Source: Acidobacteriota bacterium (GTDB lineage: Bacteria; Acidobacteriota; Polarisedimenticolia; Gp22-AA2). Taken from it: a stretch of DNA of 64,000 nucleotides. The stretch is from contig JBHIBC010000005.1 in NCBI GenBank assembly GCA_046758905.1, positions 4,656 to 68,655 of the forward strand, in the 5' to 3' direction. A model generated the notes under the pieces. The model was not told the DNA's origin. It worked only from the letters and a program-made list of their open reading frames with translations, and ran no database searches. Below, in pieces: positions 9,409 to 19,626 of this stretch. The translations under genes were made by a program, and so were the position numbers. How positions within the stretch are numbered: the first letter of the stretch is position 1; every line of letters begins with the position of its first letter.

Positions 9409-11016
9409 GTGTTCGCAAAGAGGAAGCGGAAGGGCAAGGGCGCCTCCGGCCGGCGCGGCCGGCCGGCCGAGCCCGCCAAGATCGGGCGGTACGAGATCCT
9501 CGACTCGCTCGGCCAAGGCGGGATGGGGACCGTGTTCCTCGGTCACGATCCCGTGATCGGCCGCCGGGTGGCGATCAAGGTCATCTCGGTGCGCGGCGAC
9601 CTGACGGAGGAGGAGGCGCGCCAGTACCGCGAGAGGTTCCTGCGGGAAGCGCGGGCGGCGGGCGCGCTGCAGCACCCGAACATCGTCGCGGTGCACGACA
9701 TCGGCCTCGACCCGCGGCTCGAGCGGCCGTACATCGTGATGGAGTACGTCGAGGGGCGGGACCTCAAGGCCGTGCTGGCCTCGCGCGCCCCGCTGCCGCC
9801 CGCGGACGCGGTGCGCGTCGCGCTGCAGATCGCCTCCGGGCTGGATTTCGCACACCGGCGCGGCATCGTGCACCGCGACATCAAGCCGGCCAACGTCCTG
9901 ATCGGCGAGCGGGGCCAGGTGAAGATCACCGATTTCGGGGTGGCCCGGCTCCCGAACTCGGAGCTCACGCGCTCCGATCAGCTCGTCGGGTCGCCGGGCT
10001 TCGTCTCGCCGGAGCAGCTCCAGGGCGAGGCCGTGGACGGCCGATCCGACCTCTTCGCCCTAGGCGTCATCTTCTATCAGCTGCTCACCGGCCGCTCCCC
10101 GTTCGAGGGCGACAGCGTCTCCCAGGTCCTGTACAGGATCTCGTCGCAGCCGTTCACGCCGCCCAGCGCGGCCGTCGCCGGCCTGCCCGAGGCGTTCGAC
10201 CCCATCCTCGAGAGGGCCCTCAGCAAGGACCCCGCGTCGCGCTACCAGACCGGCCGCGACTTCATGGAGGCCCTTCTGGGAGTCCAGATGGCACTCGAGG
10301 CCGCTGGCCGAGGCTCGCCGGACGGGGCGGGGCCGGCCCCGCCGGCCCCCGGCGCCGGCGGGGGCGGACCGGAGGAGGGCCGCCCCGCCCCCGGGGGCCC
10401 TCCGGCGGCGCGCGAGCCGTCGCCGTGGCTCACCCTCACCAGCCAGTGGCGCATCGCGGCCCTGTTGGGGCTGCTCGTGCTGACCTTTCTCGGGGTGAAC
10501 TGGGCTATCTACGTCCTGCTCCGCGGTCCCCTGAGGGATCTCGCCCCGGGCGGGGAGGGGCCCCCGCGCGGGGCGACGCGCCCGGGCGGCGCTCCGGCGC
10601 GCGGCACGCTGGCGCCGATCGGCGGCGCTCGGCCGGCCCACCGCGCCGCGCCGCGGGCCGGCCCCGCGGTCGAGAGCGCCCGGCTTCAGGTGCGGCTGGA
10701 TCACCATCTCGCGTCCGGCCGCCTGGTCGTCGTGGTCGGCGGCCGGACGGCGCTGTCGAGGCCGTTCGACGCTCCTCGGGGCGCCGCCTCGGGGAGCCTC
10801 GTGCAGACGCTGTCGGTGCCGGCCGGGCGGCACGAGATCGAGGTGGAGCTGGTGGGACGGACGGGTCGGACCCGTGCGAGGTCGAGGATCACCGGCACGA
10901 TGACGGGCGGGCGGGTGGCCGTGCTGCGGATCGAGCAGTCGGGCGGGGCGGGCCGCTCGCTCCGCCTGCGTTGGGTCGCCCCCGAGGGCGGGGCGGCGGC
11001 GAGCGCCTCGCGTTGA
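9409..11016 (+). CDS. Serine/threonine protein kinase with transmembrane segment and C-terminal extracytoplasmic domain
   Basis: GTG start after GGCGGAGGCGGAG. Hanks kinase motifs GQGGMGTVF, AIK, HRDIKPANVL, DFGVAR, SPEQ. Pro/Gly-rich linker, TM helix WRIAALLGLLVLTFLGVNWAIYVLL, then about 170-aa C-terminal domain. Confidence 0.85.
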   Translation: MFAKRKRKGKGASGRRGRPAEPAKIGRYEILDSLGQGGMGTVFLGHDPVIGRRVAIKVISVRGDLTEEEARQYRERFLREARAAGALQHPNIVAVHDIGLDPRLERPYIVMEYVEGRDLKAVLASRAPLPPADAVRVALQIASGLDFAHRRGIVHRDIKPANVLIGERGQVKITDFGVARLPNSELTRSDQLVGSPGFVSPEQLQGEAVDGRSDLFALGVIFYQLLTGRSPFEGDSVSQVLYRISSQPFTPPSAAVAGLPEAFDPILERALSKDPASRYQTGRDFMEALLGVQMALEAAGRGSPDGAGPAPPAPGAGGGGPEEGRPAPGGPPAAREPSPWLTLTSQWRIAALLGLLVLTFLGVNWAIYVLLRGPLRDLAPGGEGPPRGATRPGGAPARGTLAPIGGARPAHRAAPRAGPAVESARLQVRLDHHLASGRLVVVVGGRTALSRPFDAPRGAASGSLVQTLSVPAGRHEIEVELVGRTGRTRARSRITGTMTGGRVAVLRIEQSGGAGRSLRLRWVAPEGGAAASASR

Positions 11017-11035
11017 CCACCGACAGGAGGCAGGC

Positions 11036-11650
11036 ATGAGCACGACGAGTGAGAGGAGCCGGCGACGCGACCGGGGGTGCTCGTCCGATGCGGCGGCGCG
11101 ATTGATCCGCAAGGAGAAGCCGCCTTCTCCGCCGAAGCCGCCGGCCCGCCCTCCCGCTCCGGGCGGCATCCGGGCGCCCGGCGACGCCGGATCGCCCGGC
11201 GGCATGGTCTGCCCCGGCGCCGGGCAGCCGCCGCGCTCGGCCGCGGGGCGCGGTGCGCAGCAGGCGATCGACGAGACCGTGCTGGAGACGCCCGCGCAGC
11301 GGACGTTCCGCAAGCCGGCGCTGCTCGGGGGCAAGTCGATCTGGCTCACCGTCACGGAGGGCGAGGACTCCGGGCGGTCCTTCGACATCACCGGGATCGG
11401 GACCTACACGATCGGCCGCAAGGAGTGCGACATCGTGCTCAGCGACGACAAGGTGTCCCGCAAGCACGCCGCGGTCATCATCGCCCGCGAGGGACAGTAC
11501 GCGGTCTCCGACCTGGCGAGCCGCAACGGCACGTTCGTCAACGGGGCCCGCCTGACGCGCCGCAACCTGCAGCACAACGACCTCATCCGGGTCGGCGACA
11601 CGACGCTGCGCTTTTCGGTCTTCGACGGGCCGGTGCCGGTGGAGCGCTAG
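11036..11650 (+). CDS. FHA domain-containing protein
   Basis: AGGAGG RBS. C-terminal FHA signature YTIGRKECDIVLSDDKVSRKHAAV...SRNGTFVNG..L...D.I.VG. Proline-rich N-terminus. 19 nt downstream of the STK gene. Confidence 0.85.
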   Translation: MSTTSERSRRRDRGCSSDAAARLIRKEKPPSPPKPPARPPAPGGIRAPGDAGSPGGMVCPGAGQPPRSAAGRGAQQAIDETVLETPAQRTFRKPALLGGKSIWLTVTEGEDSGRSFDITGIGTYTIGRKECDIVLSDDKVSRKHAAVIIAREGQYAVSDLASRNGTFVNGARLTRRNLQHNDLIRVGDTTLRFSVFDGPVPVER

Positions 11651-11710
11651 GCCCCGCGCCCGCCCGATAGTCCTTGCCTCGCCGGGCGGCCTCCTGTAGC
11701 CTGACCCCTC

Positions 11711-13834
11711 ATGAGCGCAGCCCGCCGCGCGAACCGGCTGGCCCGGGAGACCAGCCCCTACCTGAGGCAGCACGCCGACAATCCGGTGGACTGGTATCCC
11801 TGGGGCGAGGAGGCTCTGCGCCGCGCCCGCGACGAGGACCGGCCGATCTTCCTCTCGATCGGCTACTCGGCCTGCCACTGGTGCCACGTGATGGAACGGG
11901 AGTCCTTCGAGAGCGAGGCGATCGCGGCCATCATGAACGAGCGCTTCGTCAACATCAAGGTCGACCGCGAGGAGCGGCCCGACCTGGACGACATCTACAT
12001 GGCGGCGACCCAGCTGCTGAGCGGTCAGGGCGGCTGGCCGAACTCGGTGTTCCTGACGCCCGAGCTGAAGCCGTTCTTCGCCGGCACCTATTTCCCTCCC
12101 GACGCGCGCTGGGGCCGTCCCGGGTTCCGCGAGGTGCTGGTGGCCGTCTCGGAGGCCTACCGCGACAAGCGCAGGGAGATCGGGCGGGTGGCCGAGGAGG
12201 TGACCGAGCGGATCCGGCGGCTGTCCGACCTGAAGCCGTCCGCGCAGCGGCTGAGCGCGTCGTTGCTGAGCCGGGCCTTCGGCGATCTGGCCGGGCGCTT
12301 CGACAACCGTGAGGGGGGCTTCGGCGGCGCCCCCAAGTTCCCGCACAGCGCCGACATCTCCTTCCTGCTCCGCTATCACCGCAGGACCGGCAACCCGGAG
12401 GCCCTGCGGATGGCGGTCCTGAGCCTGGAGAAGATGGCCCGCGGCGGCATCTACGACCACCTCGGCGGCGGCTTCCACCGTTACTCGGTCGACGCCCGCT
12501 GGCTCGTCCCCCATTTCGAGAAGATGCTGTACGACAACGCCCTTCTGGCGTGCACCTACCTGGAGGCGGCCCGCGTCGTGGCGCGGCGGCCGGCGTCGCC
12601 CGCCGTCCCGTCCGGCGGCGACGTCGCGGCGGCGACCTTCCGCGAGGTGGCGCGCGAGACCCTCGACTGGGCGCTACGCGAGATGAGTTCCCCCGAGGGC
12701 GGCTTCCACTCCTCCCTGGACGCGGACAGCGAGGGGGAGGAGGGGCGCTTCTACGTCTGGACCCCCGCACAGATCGCAGAGGTGCTGGGGGCCCAGGAGG
12801 CCTCGCTGTTCTGCGGCCTGTACGGCGTCACGCCCTCGGGCAACCTCGAGAACGGGACCAGCATCCTTCACCTCGAGCGTCCGATCGCCGAGGCGGCCGA
12901 GGAGTACCGCAGCGACGGGGCGGAGCTGCGGCTGCGGGCGGCCAGCGCCCGCGCTCGGCTCCTGCAGGCGCGCGAGCGGCGGGTCCGCCCCGGCCGGGAC
13001 GACAAGATCCTGGGCGACTGGAACGGCCTGATGATCTCCGCGCTGGCGGCGGGCGGGCGGTTCCTGGAGGAGCCGCGCTATTTGGGCGCGGCCCGCCGGG
13101 CCGCGCGGCTGATACTCGACAGGATGCGGCGCGGCGGGCGGCTCCTGCACTCCTACAAGGACGGCGATGCTCGCCACCCCGCCTGCCTGGCCGACTACGC
13201 CAACGTGGCGGCGGCGCTGCTCGACCTCTACGAGGCGACCTTCGAGCCGGAGTGGGCGCGGGAGGCGGTCGCCCTGGCGGCTCGGATGATCGACCTGTTC
13301 GCGGACGACGCGGCGGGCGGCTTCTTCCTCACCGCCAGGGATCACGAGGCGCTCATCGCGCGCAGGCGCGAGGGGAGCGACGGCGCCACGCCGGCCGGGA
13401 GCTCGGTCGCCGCCCTGGTGCTGCCGCGGATCGCAGCGCTGACCGGGGAGTCCGGCCTCGTCAGGCGGGCGGAGGCCACGCTGCGGCTGTACGGCGACAC
13501 GATGGAGCGATTTCCCGCCGCCCTGAGCACCATGCTCTGCGCGCTCGACCAGCATCTGGACGGGGTGCGCGGCGTGGTGCTGGCGGGACGGGCCGACGAC
13601 CCGGCGCTGCGGCCGTTCCTGCGGGTCTTCAGTGAGTCCTATCTGCCGAACGCGGTCCTCGCCCTGGCCGATCCCTCCGACCCGGACGCCGGCAAGGCGA
13701 TCCCGATCCTCGAGGGCAAGGCCCCCGTCGACGAACGTCCATCCGCCCACATCTGCGAATCGGGGAGCTGCCGGCCTCCGGTGGCATCGGCGGAGGAGCT
13801 GGCCCGGGCCCTGTCGGGCGGCGGGGCGTCGTGA
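11711..13834 (+). CDS. Thioredoxin-domain protein YyaL/DUF255 family (thioredoxin-like N-domain plus N-acylglucosamine 2-epimerase-like alpha-toroid)
   Basis: N-terminal [22 protein letters not shown]...[22 protein letters not shown] is the canonical DUF255/YyaL signature. 707 aa. Third gene of the STK-FHA cluster. Confidence 0.85.
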   Translation: MSAARRANRLARETSPYLRQHADNPVDWYPWGEEALRRARDEDRPIFLSIGYSACHWCHVMERESFESEAIAAIMNERFVNIKVDREERPDLDDIYMAATQLLSGQGGWPNSVFLTPELKPFFAGTYFPPDARWGRPGFREVLVAVSEAYRDKRREIGRVAEEVTERIRRLSDLKPSAQRLSASLLSRAFGDLAGRFDNREGGFGGAPKFPHSADISFLLRYHRRTGNPEALRMAVLSLEKMARGGIYDHLGGGFHRYSVDARWLVPHFEKMLYDNALLACTYLEAARVVARRPASPAVPSGGDVAAATFREVARETLDWALREMSSPEGGFHSSLDADSEGEEGRFYVWTPAQIAEVLGAQEASLFCGLYGVTPSGNLENGTSILHLERPIAEAAEEYRSDGAELRLRAASARARLLQARERRVRPGRDDKILGDWNGLMISALAAGGRFLEEPRYLGAARRAARLILDRMRRGGRLLHSYKDGDARHPACLADYANVAAALLDLYEATFEPEWAREAVALAARMIDLFADDAAGGFFLTARDHEALIARRREGSDGATPAGSSVAALVLPRIAALTGESGLVRRAEATLRLYGDTMERFPAALSTMLCALDQHLDGVRGVVLAGRADDPALRPFLRVFSESYLPNAVLALADPSDPDAGKAIPILEGKAPVDERPSAHICESGSCRPPVASAEELARALSGGGAS

Positions 13835-13871
13835 TCGTCGGCGCCCGCGCGCCCGGGGGATCGGAACGCAC

Positions 13872-13900
13872 TTGACAGGACGGCGGCGGGCGCCTAGAGT
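13872..13900 (+). promoter_or_regulatory. Putative sigma70-type promoter of the cold-shock gene (TTGACA-17nt-TAGAGT) followed by about 125-nt 5'UTR
   Basis: TTGACA at 13872..13877, 17-nt spacer, TAGAGT at 13895..13900. Long leaders are typical of csp genes. Confidence 0.35.
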
Positions 13901-14028
13901 TGCTTGGACTTATCCCCCTTTCCATAGGGTTTTCGGGAGGTCGGCGGCGGGGGAAGGCTGGCCGTTGGCGCCAGGGCCGCTGAGGCGTCCGGGCCGCCGC
14001 AACCGAACAGTCGCAACGGGGGTCTCGT

Positions 14029-14250
14029 ATGGCACGTGGCACAGTGGCGAAGCTGGTCCGGGACCGCGGGTTCGGATTCATCCGCGGGAACGACGGCAAG
14101 GATGTCTTCTTCCACCGGTCGGGCCTGGTCGGCCTGAACTTCGATGAGCTGGAGCAGGGCCAGGTCGTCGACTTCGAGGTCGAGTCGGGCCCCAAGGGCC
14201 TGCGGGCCTCGAACATCCGGATCTCTGGAGGCCGCGCCCAGGCGGATTGA
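14029..14250 (+). CDS. Cold-shock protein (CspA family, S1-like OB fold)
   Basis: 73 aa; RNP1-like GFGFI and RNP2-like VFFH motifs; GTVAKLVRDRGFGFIRGNDGKDVFFH is a canonical CSD. Confidence 0.9.
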   Translation: MARGTVAKLVRDRGFGFIRGNDGKDVFFHRSGLVGLNFDELEQGQVVDFEVESGPKGLRASNIRISGGRAQAD

Positions 14251-14251
14251 C

Positions 14252-14270
14252 CGGGGCGTCGGCCGCCCCG
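14252..14270 (+). terminator. GC-rich hairpin 3' of csp (possible bidirectional terminator, no U-tract)
   Basis: CGGGGCG-tcggc-CGCCCCG 7-bp stem directly after the csp stop, between convergent genes. Confidence 0.25.
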
Positions 14271-14296
14271 CCCCCAGTCTCCCTCCATCCCATCCC

Positions 14297-15343
14297 TCAC
14301 GGGTCCACGAGGCGCCGGGTGAAGTCGTTGTACTGCGCCCGCCGCCGGGTGATCCGCGACAGGTTGAAGCCGCCGGCCGCGACCCGGTAGACGGCGTAAC
14401 GCTCCGGAGCGCCGGAGCCTTCGGGCGGCGGCGCCGGACCGGCGGTGAAGGCGATCGCTACCCCCGCCAGCAGGACGGGCTCGGAGGCGCCGAACGGCGC
14501 CGTCCGCCGGTCGGTGATCTGGCGTAGGCCCACGCGATCGCGATCCAGCGACAGGACGAACAGCTGCGCCGGGCGCCCCGCGGGCGAGCGGGCAAAGACG
14601 ATCGCGCGCTCGGAGAGGAACGCCGGCGCGGCGTCCGAGTAGGCCGTCCCGGGCGGGACGAAGCCCGGGTCCGGAGGCGCCGCGGCGCTCAGGTCGAGCG
14701 CCGCGGCAGACAGGCCCCGCGCGCCGAGATGTCGCAGCAGGGCGAGGCGCTTGCCGTCGCCTCGATCCGCAACGAAGGCCACCGAGCGGCCGTCGGGCGA
14801 GCCCGCGGGCGCCCCCTCGTCGCCGGGGCCGGCGGTCAGGCGCCGCAGGCCCGTGCCGTCCAGGCCGACCAGGTAGAGGTCCCGGGTCGCGCCGGGCGCG
14901 TCCGGATCGGTGCGCGCGAACACGATCCGGTTCCGGCCGAGCGGGGCGGGGTCGGAGTCGGCCACCCGCGGGCCCGGTGCCGATGCGGGCGCCCTCGGGC
15001 CCGGCGCGAGGCGATCGGGAAACAGGGGCCCCGCCGTGCCGGCACCCGGGTCGGCGACGAAGATCTCGGGAACGCCCCGGCGGTCCGAGACGAAGACCAC
15101 CCGCCCATCGGCCAGGCGCGCCGGCATGGCGTCCCGGTAGGAGGGGTCGGAGGCGTCGTCGGAGCCGATGAGGCGGGCCGCCGGGCCGGAGGCCGCCCTC
15201 TCGTAGATCCGCATGGCCCCTCCGCGGTCCGAGACGATCAGCAGGCCCGGCGCGGGCCGGCCGGCACCGGGCGCGCAGCCGGCGAGCCCCGGGATAAGCG
15301 CCGGGAGCAGCACCGTCAGCATGCGGGCGGGCGGCGGGCGCAT
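14297..15343 (-). CDS. PD40/TolB-like beta-propeller lipoprotein (hypothetical)
   Basis: Lipobox LIPGLAGC near the N-terminus. Repeated ...VFVSDRRG..EIFV / ...VAFVADRGDGKRLAL / ...IVFARSPAG..QLFV blocks resemble PD40 (WD40-like beta-propeller) repeats. Start could be 15343 or 15322; neither has an SD. Confidence 0.55.
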   Translation of the reverse strand: MRPPPARMLTVLLPALIPGLAGCAPGAGRPAPGLLIVSDRGGAMRIYERAASGPAARLIGSDDASDPSYRDAMPARLADGRVVFVSDRRGVPEIFVADPGAGTAGPLFPDRLAPGPRAPASAPGPRVADSDPAPLGRNRIVFARTDPDAPGATRDLYLVGLDGTGLRRLTAGPGDEGAPAGSPDGRSVAFVADRGDGKRLALLRHLGARGLSAAALDLSAAAPPDPGFVPPGTAYSDAAPAFLSERAIVFARSPAGRPAQLFVLSLDRDRVGLRQITDRRTAPFGASEPVLLAGVAIAFTAGPAPPPEGSGAPERYAVYRVAAGGFNLSRITRRRAQYNDFTRRLVDP

Positions 15344-15472
15344 CGTCCGGCATCGTAGATCGGGAGCCTGCGCCTCCGCGACCTTGATCCGCCAGTGAAG
15401 GGGCCGTAAACTCGCCGACTCGCCGGCGGGCGCTCCGGGCCTCCCGGGCGCCCGGCGGCCCGAGGAGGGGGT

Positions 15473-16858
15473 GTGGGGCAGGACCGCGGTCAGTGGGCGT
15501 CACGGGTCGGCTTCGTCCTGGCGGTCGCGGGCAGCGCGATCGGTCTGGGAAACCTCTGGAAGTTCCCCTACGTCACCTGGCAGAACCGCGGCGGCGGCTT
15601 CGTCCTCATCTACGTCATCTGCGTCACCGTCGTGGGGCTGCCGATCATGATGGCCGAGATGCTGATCGGGCGCAGGACCCGCCGGAACCCGGTGGGCGCG
15701 ATGCGCGCCGCCGCGGGGCCGCGGTGGGTCTGGGTCGGCGGTCTCGGCGTGCTCACCGGATTCGTCATCCTCGGGTACTACACCGTGGTCGCCGGCTGGA
15801 CGATCCGCTATTTCTTCCGCTGCCTGGGCTGGAGCCTCGCCGGCTACGCGCCGGGGGCCTCGAGCAGCGAGGCCTTCGGGGCCTTCGTCGCCAGCGGCGG
15901 GGTGCAGATCCTGCTGTCCGCCGTCTTCATGGGCTTCACGATGTCGGTGATCTACGCCGGGGTGGGCGGCGGCATCGAGCGGGTCGCCCGGCAGCTCATG
16001 CCGGTCCTCTTCGGCATCCTGGTCCTGCTCCTGATCAGCGCCCTCACCATGGACGGCGCCGGCCGGGCCCTCGCCTTCCTGTTCGTGCCGCGGCTCGACG
16101 CGCTGCCGGCGCGCGGCGTCCTGGAGGCCCTGGGGCAGGCCTTCTTCAGCCTGTCGCTCGGGATGGGGGCGATCATCACCTACGGCTCCTACATGGGACG
16201 CGACCAGTCGGTGGTCCGCTCCTCGGTGGCGGTGGTGGTGCTGGACACGCTGATCGCCGTCCTGGCCGCGGTGATCATGTTCTCGGTGATCTTCTCGACC
16301 GCGGGGATGGAGGAGCAGATCGGCAAGTCGACGGCCGGCATGCTGTTCATCACCCTGCCCGAGCTGTTCTACACGGTGGTCCCGCTGGGACGCCTGCTCG
16401 CCCCGCTGTTCTACGTGCTGGTCGGCTTCGCCGCCCTGACCTCCACCATCTCCCTGCTGGAGGTCATCGTGGCCTACTTCATCGACGAGCTGGGGTGGAG
16501 CCGGCGGCGCGCGACGACGCTGTGCGGGCTCGCCTGCTTCCTCCTGACCATCCTGTGCGGGCTGAGCCTCGGCGCCGCGGGCCCCCTCTCGAACCTCCGG
16601 ATCTTCGCCGGCAAGAGCGGCCTCTTCGTGACCCTCGACCACTTGGCCTCCAACTGGATGCTCCCGGTGGGAGGCTTCTTCATCACCCTGGCGGCCGGGT
16701 GGATCATGAGCCGCGACGCGACCCGCGGGGAGCTGATCGACGCCACCACGCCGTCCTTCTTCCGCTACGGCCTGTGGCGGCTGTTCATCCGGTTCCTGGC
16801 CCCGGCCTCCGTCGCGGCCATCATCGCCGGCGTGATCGGCGGGATGGATTTCAGCTAG
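15473..16858 (+). CDS. Sodium-dependent transporter, neurotransmitter:sodium symporter (NSS/SNF) family
   Basis: GTG start after GAGGAGGGGG. NSS TM1 signature GFVLAVAGSAIGLGNLWKFPY and about 12 predicted TM segments. Confidence 0.85.
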   Translation: MGQDRGQWASRVGFVLAVAGSAIGLGNLWKFPYVTWQNRGGGFVLIYVICVTVVGLPIMMAEMLIGRRTRRNPVGAMRAAAGPRWVWVGGLGVLTGFVILGYYTVVAGWTIRYFFRCLGWSLAGYAPGASSSEAFGAFVASGGVQILLSAVFMGFTMSVIYAGVGGGIERVARQLMPVLFGILVLLLISALTMDGAGRALAFLFVPRLDALPARGVLEALGQAFFSLSLGMGAIITYGSYMGRDQSVVRSSVAVVVLDTLIAVLAAVIMFSVIFSTAGMEEQIGKSTAGMLFITLPELFYTVVPLGRLLAPLFYVLVGFAALTSTISLLEVIVAYFIDELGWSRRRATTLCGLACFLLTILCGLSLGAAGPLSNLRIFAGKSGLFVTLDHLASNWMLPVGGFFITLAAGWIMSRDATRGELIDATTPSFFRYGLWRLFIRFLAPASVAAIIAGVIGGMDFS

Positions 16859-16894
16859 CGCGGCGCCGGGGCCGATCGTGGGAGGACGTCGGAG

Positions 16895-19051
16895 ATGTCG
16901 CGTCGGACGAGTCGACTAGCGGTGCGGCTGATGGCCGCGAGCCTCGTGCTGCTCGCCCAGGGATGCGGCCGCAGCGGCGGGCACGCGGGCGGGTCGGGAA
17001 GGGTGAACATGCCGGTTGAGCCTCCGGTGGCGGAGAGGGTCCCGCACGTCGAGACGCGCCACGGCGAGCGGGTGCGGGACGACTATTTCTGGCTGCGGGA
17101 CCGCTCGAACCCGGAGGTCGAGCGGTACCTGAAGGCCGAGAACGAGTACACCAGGCGGCTCATGCAGCCGACCGAGCCCCTCCAGGACCGCCTCTACAGG
17201 GAGATGCTGGCGCGGATCAAGCAGACCGACCTCTCGGTCCCCGAGAGGGAGGGCGACTACCGCTACTACCACCGGACCGAGGAGGGGAGGCAGTACCGGA
17301 TCCACTGCCGGAGGAAGGGGAGCCTGGAGGCGGCGGAGGAGGTCATCCTCGACGAGAACGAGCTGGCCCAGGGCGAGAGGTACTTCCGCCTCGGGGGGCT
17401 CGAGGTCAGTCCCGATCACCGCCTGCTCGCCTTCTCCGTGGACACCACCGGCGGCGAGCGCTACACGCTCTACATCAAGGACCTGGGGACTGGGCGGGTG
17501 CTGGAGGACGGCATCCCGAACACCTACTCGTTCGAGTGGGCCAACGACTCCCGGACCGTGTTCTACAGCACTCTGGACGAGGCGCACCGCCCGTACCGCC
17601 TGCACCGGCACCTGCTGGGGGCGCCGGCCTCCCGGGACGTCCTGGTCTACCAGGAGGACGACGACGCGTTCTTCCTCGACATCGACAGGACCCGGAGCCG
17701 CAGGTACCTGTTGCTCCAGCTCGGGAGCAACACCACGACAGAGATCCGCTACCTGGACGCCGACGATCCGACGGGGAGCTTCAGGCCGATCCAGCCGCGC
17801 CGGCACAGACTGGAGTACGCGGTCGAGCACTGGGGCGCTCGCTTCTTCATCCTCAACAACGACGGCGCCGTCAACTTCCGGCTCGTCGAGGCCCCGGTCG
17901 CCGACCCCTCGATGGAGAACTGGAAGGAGGTCATCCCGCACCGCGACGACGTCCTGCTCGAGAGCATCGAGGCGTTCGCCGGGCACCTGGCGCTGGTGCA
18001 GCGCAGGAACGGGCTGCGGGAGGTGCGGGTGATCGACCTGCCGGCCCGGACCGAGCACACCATCGAGTTCCCCGAGCCGGCCTACAGCTTGCGCCTAGGC
18101 CGCAACCCGGAGTTCGACACGCGCCTGCTGCGCTTCACCTACGAGTCGCCCGTGACGCCCGAATCGGTCTTCGACTACGACATGACCACGCGGGAGCGGA
18201 CCCTGCTCAAGGAGCAGGAGGTGCTCGGCGGCTACGACCGCACGGCCTACGAGGTGGAGCGGCTGTTCGCGACGGCGCCCGACGGGGCCCGGGTCCCGAT
18301 CACCCTGGCGCACAAGAAGGGCCTGAAGCGCGACGGGACCAACCCGCTGCTCCTGTACGGCTACGGGTCGTACGGCGCGGTCGTCGACCCGACCTTCTCC
18401 TCCAACCGCCTGAGCCTGCTCGACCGCGGCCTCGTCTACGCGATCGCCCACGTGCGCGGCGGGGGCGCGTTTGGCCGTCCGTGGTACGAGGACGGCAAGA
18501 TGCTCAGGAAGCGCAACACCTTCACCGACTTCATCGCCTGCGCCGAGCACCTGATCGCGCGCGGGTACAGCTCCGAGCGACGGCTGGCGATCCACGGCGG
18601 CAGCGCCGGGGGCCTGCTGGTGGGCGCGGTGATCAACATGCGCCCCGACCTGTTCAAGGTCGTGGTGGCCGACGTGCCGTTCGTGGACGTCGTCAACACC
18701 ATGCTGGACGCGTCGATCCCGCTGACCGCGATCGAGTGGGAGGAGTGGGGTGACCCGCGCGAGAAGGAGTATTACGACTACATGCGATCGTATTCCCCGT
18801 ACGACAACGTCGGGGCGAAGGACTATCCGGACCTGCTGATCACCACGAGCCTGAACGATCCCCGGGTCTCCTACTGGGAGCCCGCCAAGTGGGCGGCCAA
18901 GCTGCGCGCCCTCAAGACCGGCGACGGCCTGCTGCTGTTGAAGACCAACATGGACGCCGGCCACGGCGGCGCGTCCGGCCGCTACGAGAGGCTCAAGGAG
19001 CTCGCCTTCGAGTACGCCTTCCTCCTGAGCCGGCTGGGCGTCGAGCGGTAG
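16895..19051 (+). CDS. ptrB: S9 family serine peptidase, oligopeptidase B-like (prolyl oligopeptidase family), exported
   Basis: Signal/lipobox LVLLAQGCG. N-terminal beta-propeller. C-terminal alpha/beta-hydrolase catalytic domain with nucleophile elbow GGSAGGLLVG, the Asp and His regions (NDPRV..., DAGHGG), and the oligopeptidase-B-like block YRYYHRTEEG. Confidence 0.85.
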   Translation: MSRRTSRLAVRLMAASLVLLAQGCGRSGGHAGGSGRVNMPVEPPVAERVPHVETRHGERVRDDYFWLRDRSNPEVERYLKAENEYTRRLMQPTEPLQDRLYREMLARIKQTDLSVPEREGDYRYYHRTEEGRQYRIHCRRKGSLEAAEEVILDENELAQGERYFRLGGLEVSPDHRLLAFSVDTTGGERYTLYIKDLGTGRVLEDGIPNTYSFEWANDSRTVFYSTLDEAHRPYRLHRHLLGAPASRDVLVYQEDDDAFFLDIDRTRSRRYLLLQLGSNTTTEIRYLDADDPTGSFRPIQPRRHRLEYAVEHWGARFFILNNDGAVNFRLVEAPVADPSMENWKEVIPHRDDVLLESIEAFAGHLALVQRRNGLREVRVIDLPARTEHTIEFPEPAYSLRLGRNPEFDTRLLRFTYESPVTPESVFDYDMTTRERTLLKEQEVLGGYDRTAYEVERLFATAPDGARVPITLAHKKGLKRDGTNPLLLYGYGSYGAVVDPTFSSNRLSLLDRGLVYAIAHVRGGGAFGRPWYEDGKMLRKRNTFTDFIACAEHLIARGYSSERRLAIHGGSAGGLLVGAVINMRPDLFKVVVADVPFVDVVNTMLDASIPLTAIEWEEWGDPREKEYYDYMRSYSPYDNVGAKDYPDLLITTSLNDPRVSYWEPAKWAAKLRALKTGDGLLLLKTNMDAGHGGASGRYERLKELAFEYAFLLSRLGVER

Positions 19052-19114
19052 GCGGAGCGCGGTCGCGCCGGGGGGCTCGCCCCGGCCCCGCGGGGGCGGG
19101 TCCTGCGCCCCCGG

Positions 19115-19450
19115 CTAGAACGACCCGATCGCCTTCGACTCGTTGTCGAAGATCTGGAACACCAGATGGAGCTGGACGATCGACAGCACCTGGTAGACCG
19201 AGTCGGAGGGGAGCAGCAGCCGGATGTCGCCGCCGCCGGAGGCCGCCCGCTTCTTGCTGGCCACGAGCTCTCCGATCCCCGCGGAGTCGATGTAGTCCAC
19301 GTCCTTGAGGTTCAGGACGATCTGCGTGTGGCCGCCGCGCAGCAGGCCGGCCACCGTCTCATCGAGCGCCTTGACCCCGTCGCCGAGCGTGAGCTTCCCC
19401 TTCAGATCCACGATCCGGACCTTCCCCGCGTCTCTGACACTGGCCTTCAT
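19115..19450 (-). CDS. STAS-domain protein (anti-sigma-factor antagonist SpoIIAA-like)
   Basis: 111 aa; KLTLGDGV...LDETV..L...IVLNLKDVDYIDSAGIGELV matches the STAS fold signature with the conserved phospho-acceptor Ser context (DSAG). No partner kinase or anti-sigma factor is adjacent. Confidence 0.7.
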   Translation of the reverse strand: MKASVRDAGKVRIVDLKGKLTLGDGVKALDETVAGLLRGGHTQIVLNLKDVDYIDSAGIGELVASKKRAASGGGDIRLLLPSDSVYQVLSIVQLHLVFQIFDNESKAIGSF

Positions 19451-19626
19451 CGGGTCTCCTTACGAATGGCCCCCCGCGGGCGACCGCCGGGCGCCGGGCT
19501 CATGCGGATCGATGTCGGCTGGGCACGAGAGCGGGGGAAGACTACCCCTTTCGCGCGCCCGCAGTCAATCCGTCCGGGCCCTCGGGCCGGCCGCCGCCGC
19601 GGGCCCCGGGGCGCCGCGGGGAAGAC

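Noticed and set aside
15493-17019. 508-aa alternate-frame ORF over the NSS transporter gene
   Set aside because: Arg/Gly/Pro-rich nonsense frame; the 15473 frame gives a clean 12-TM NSS transporter with family signatures.
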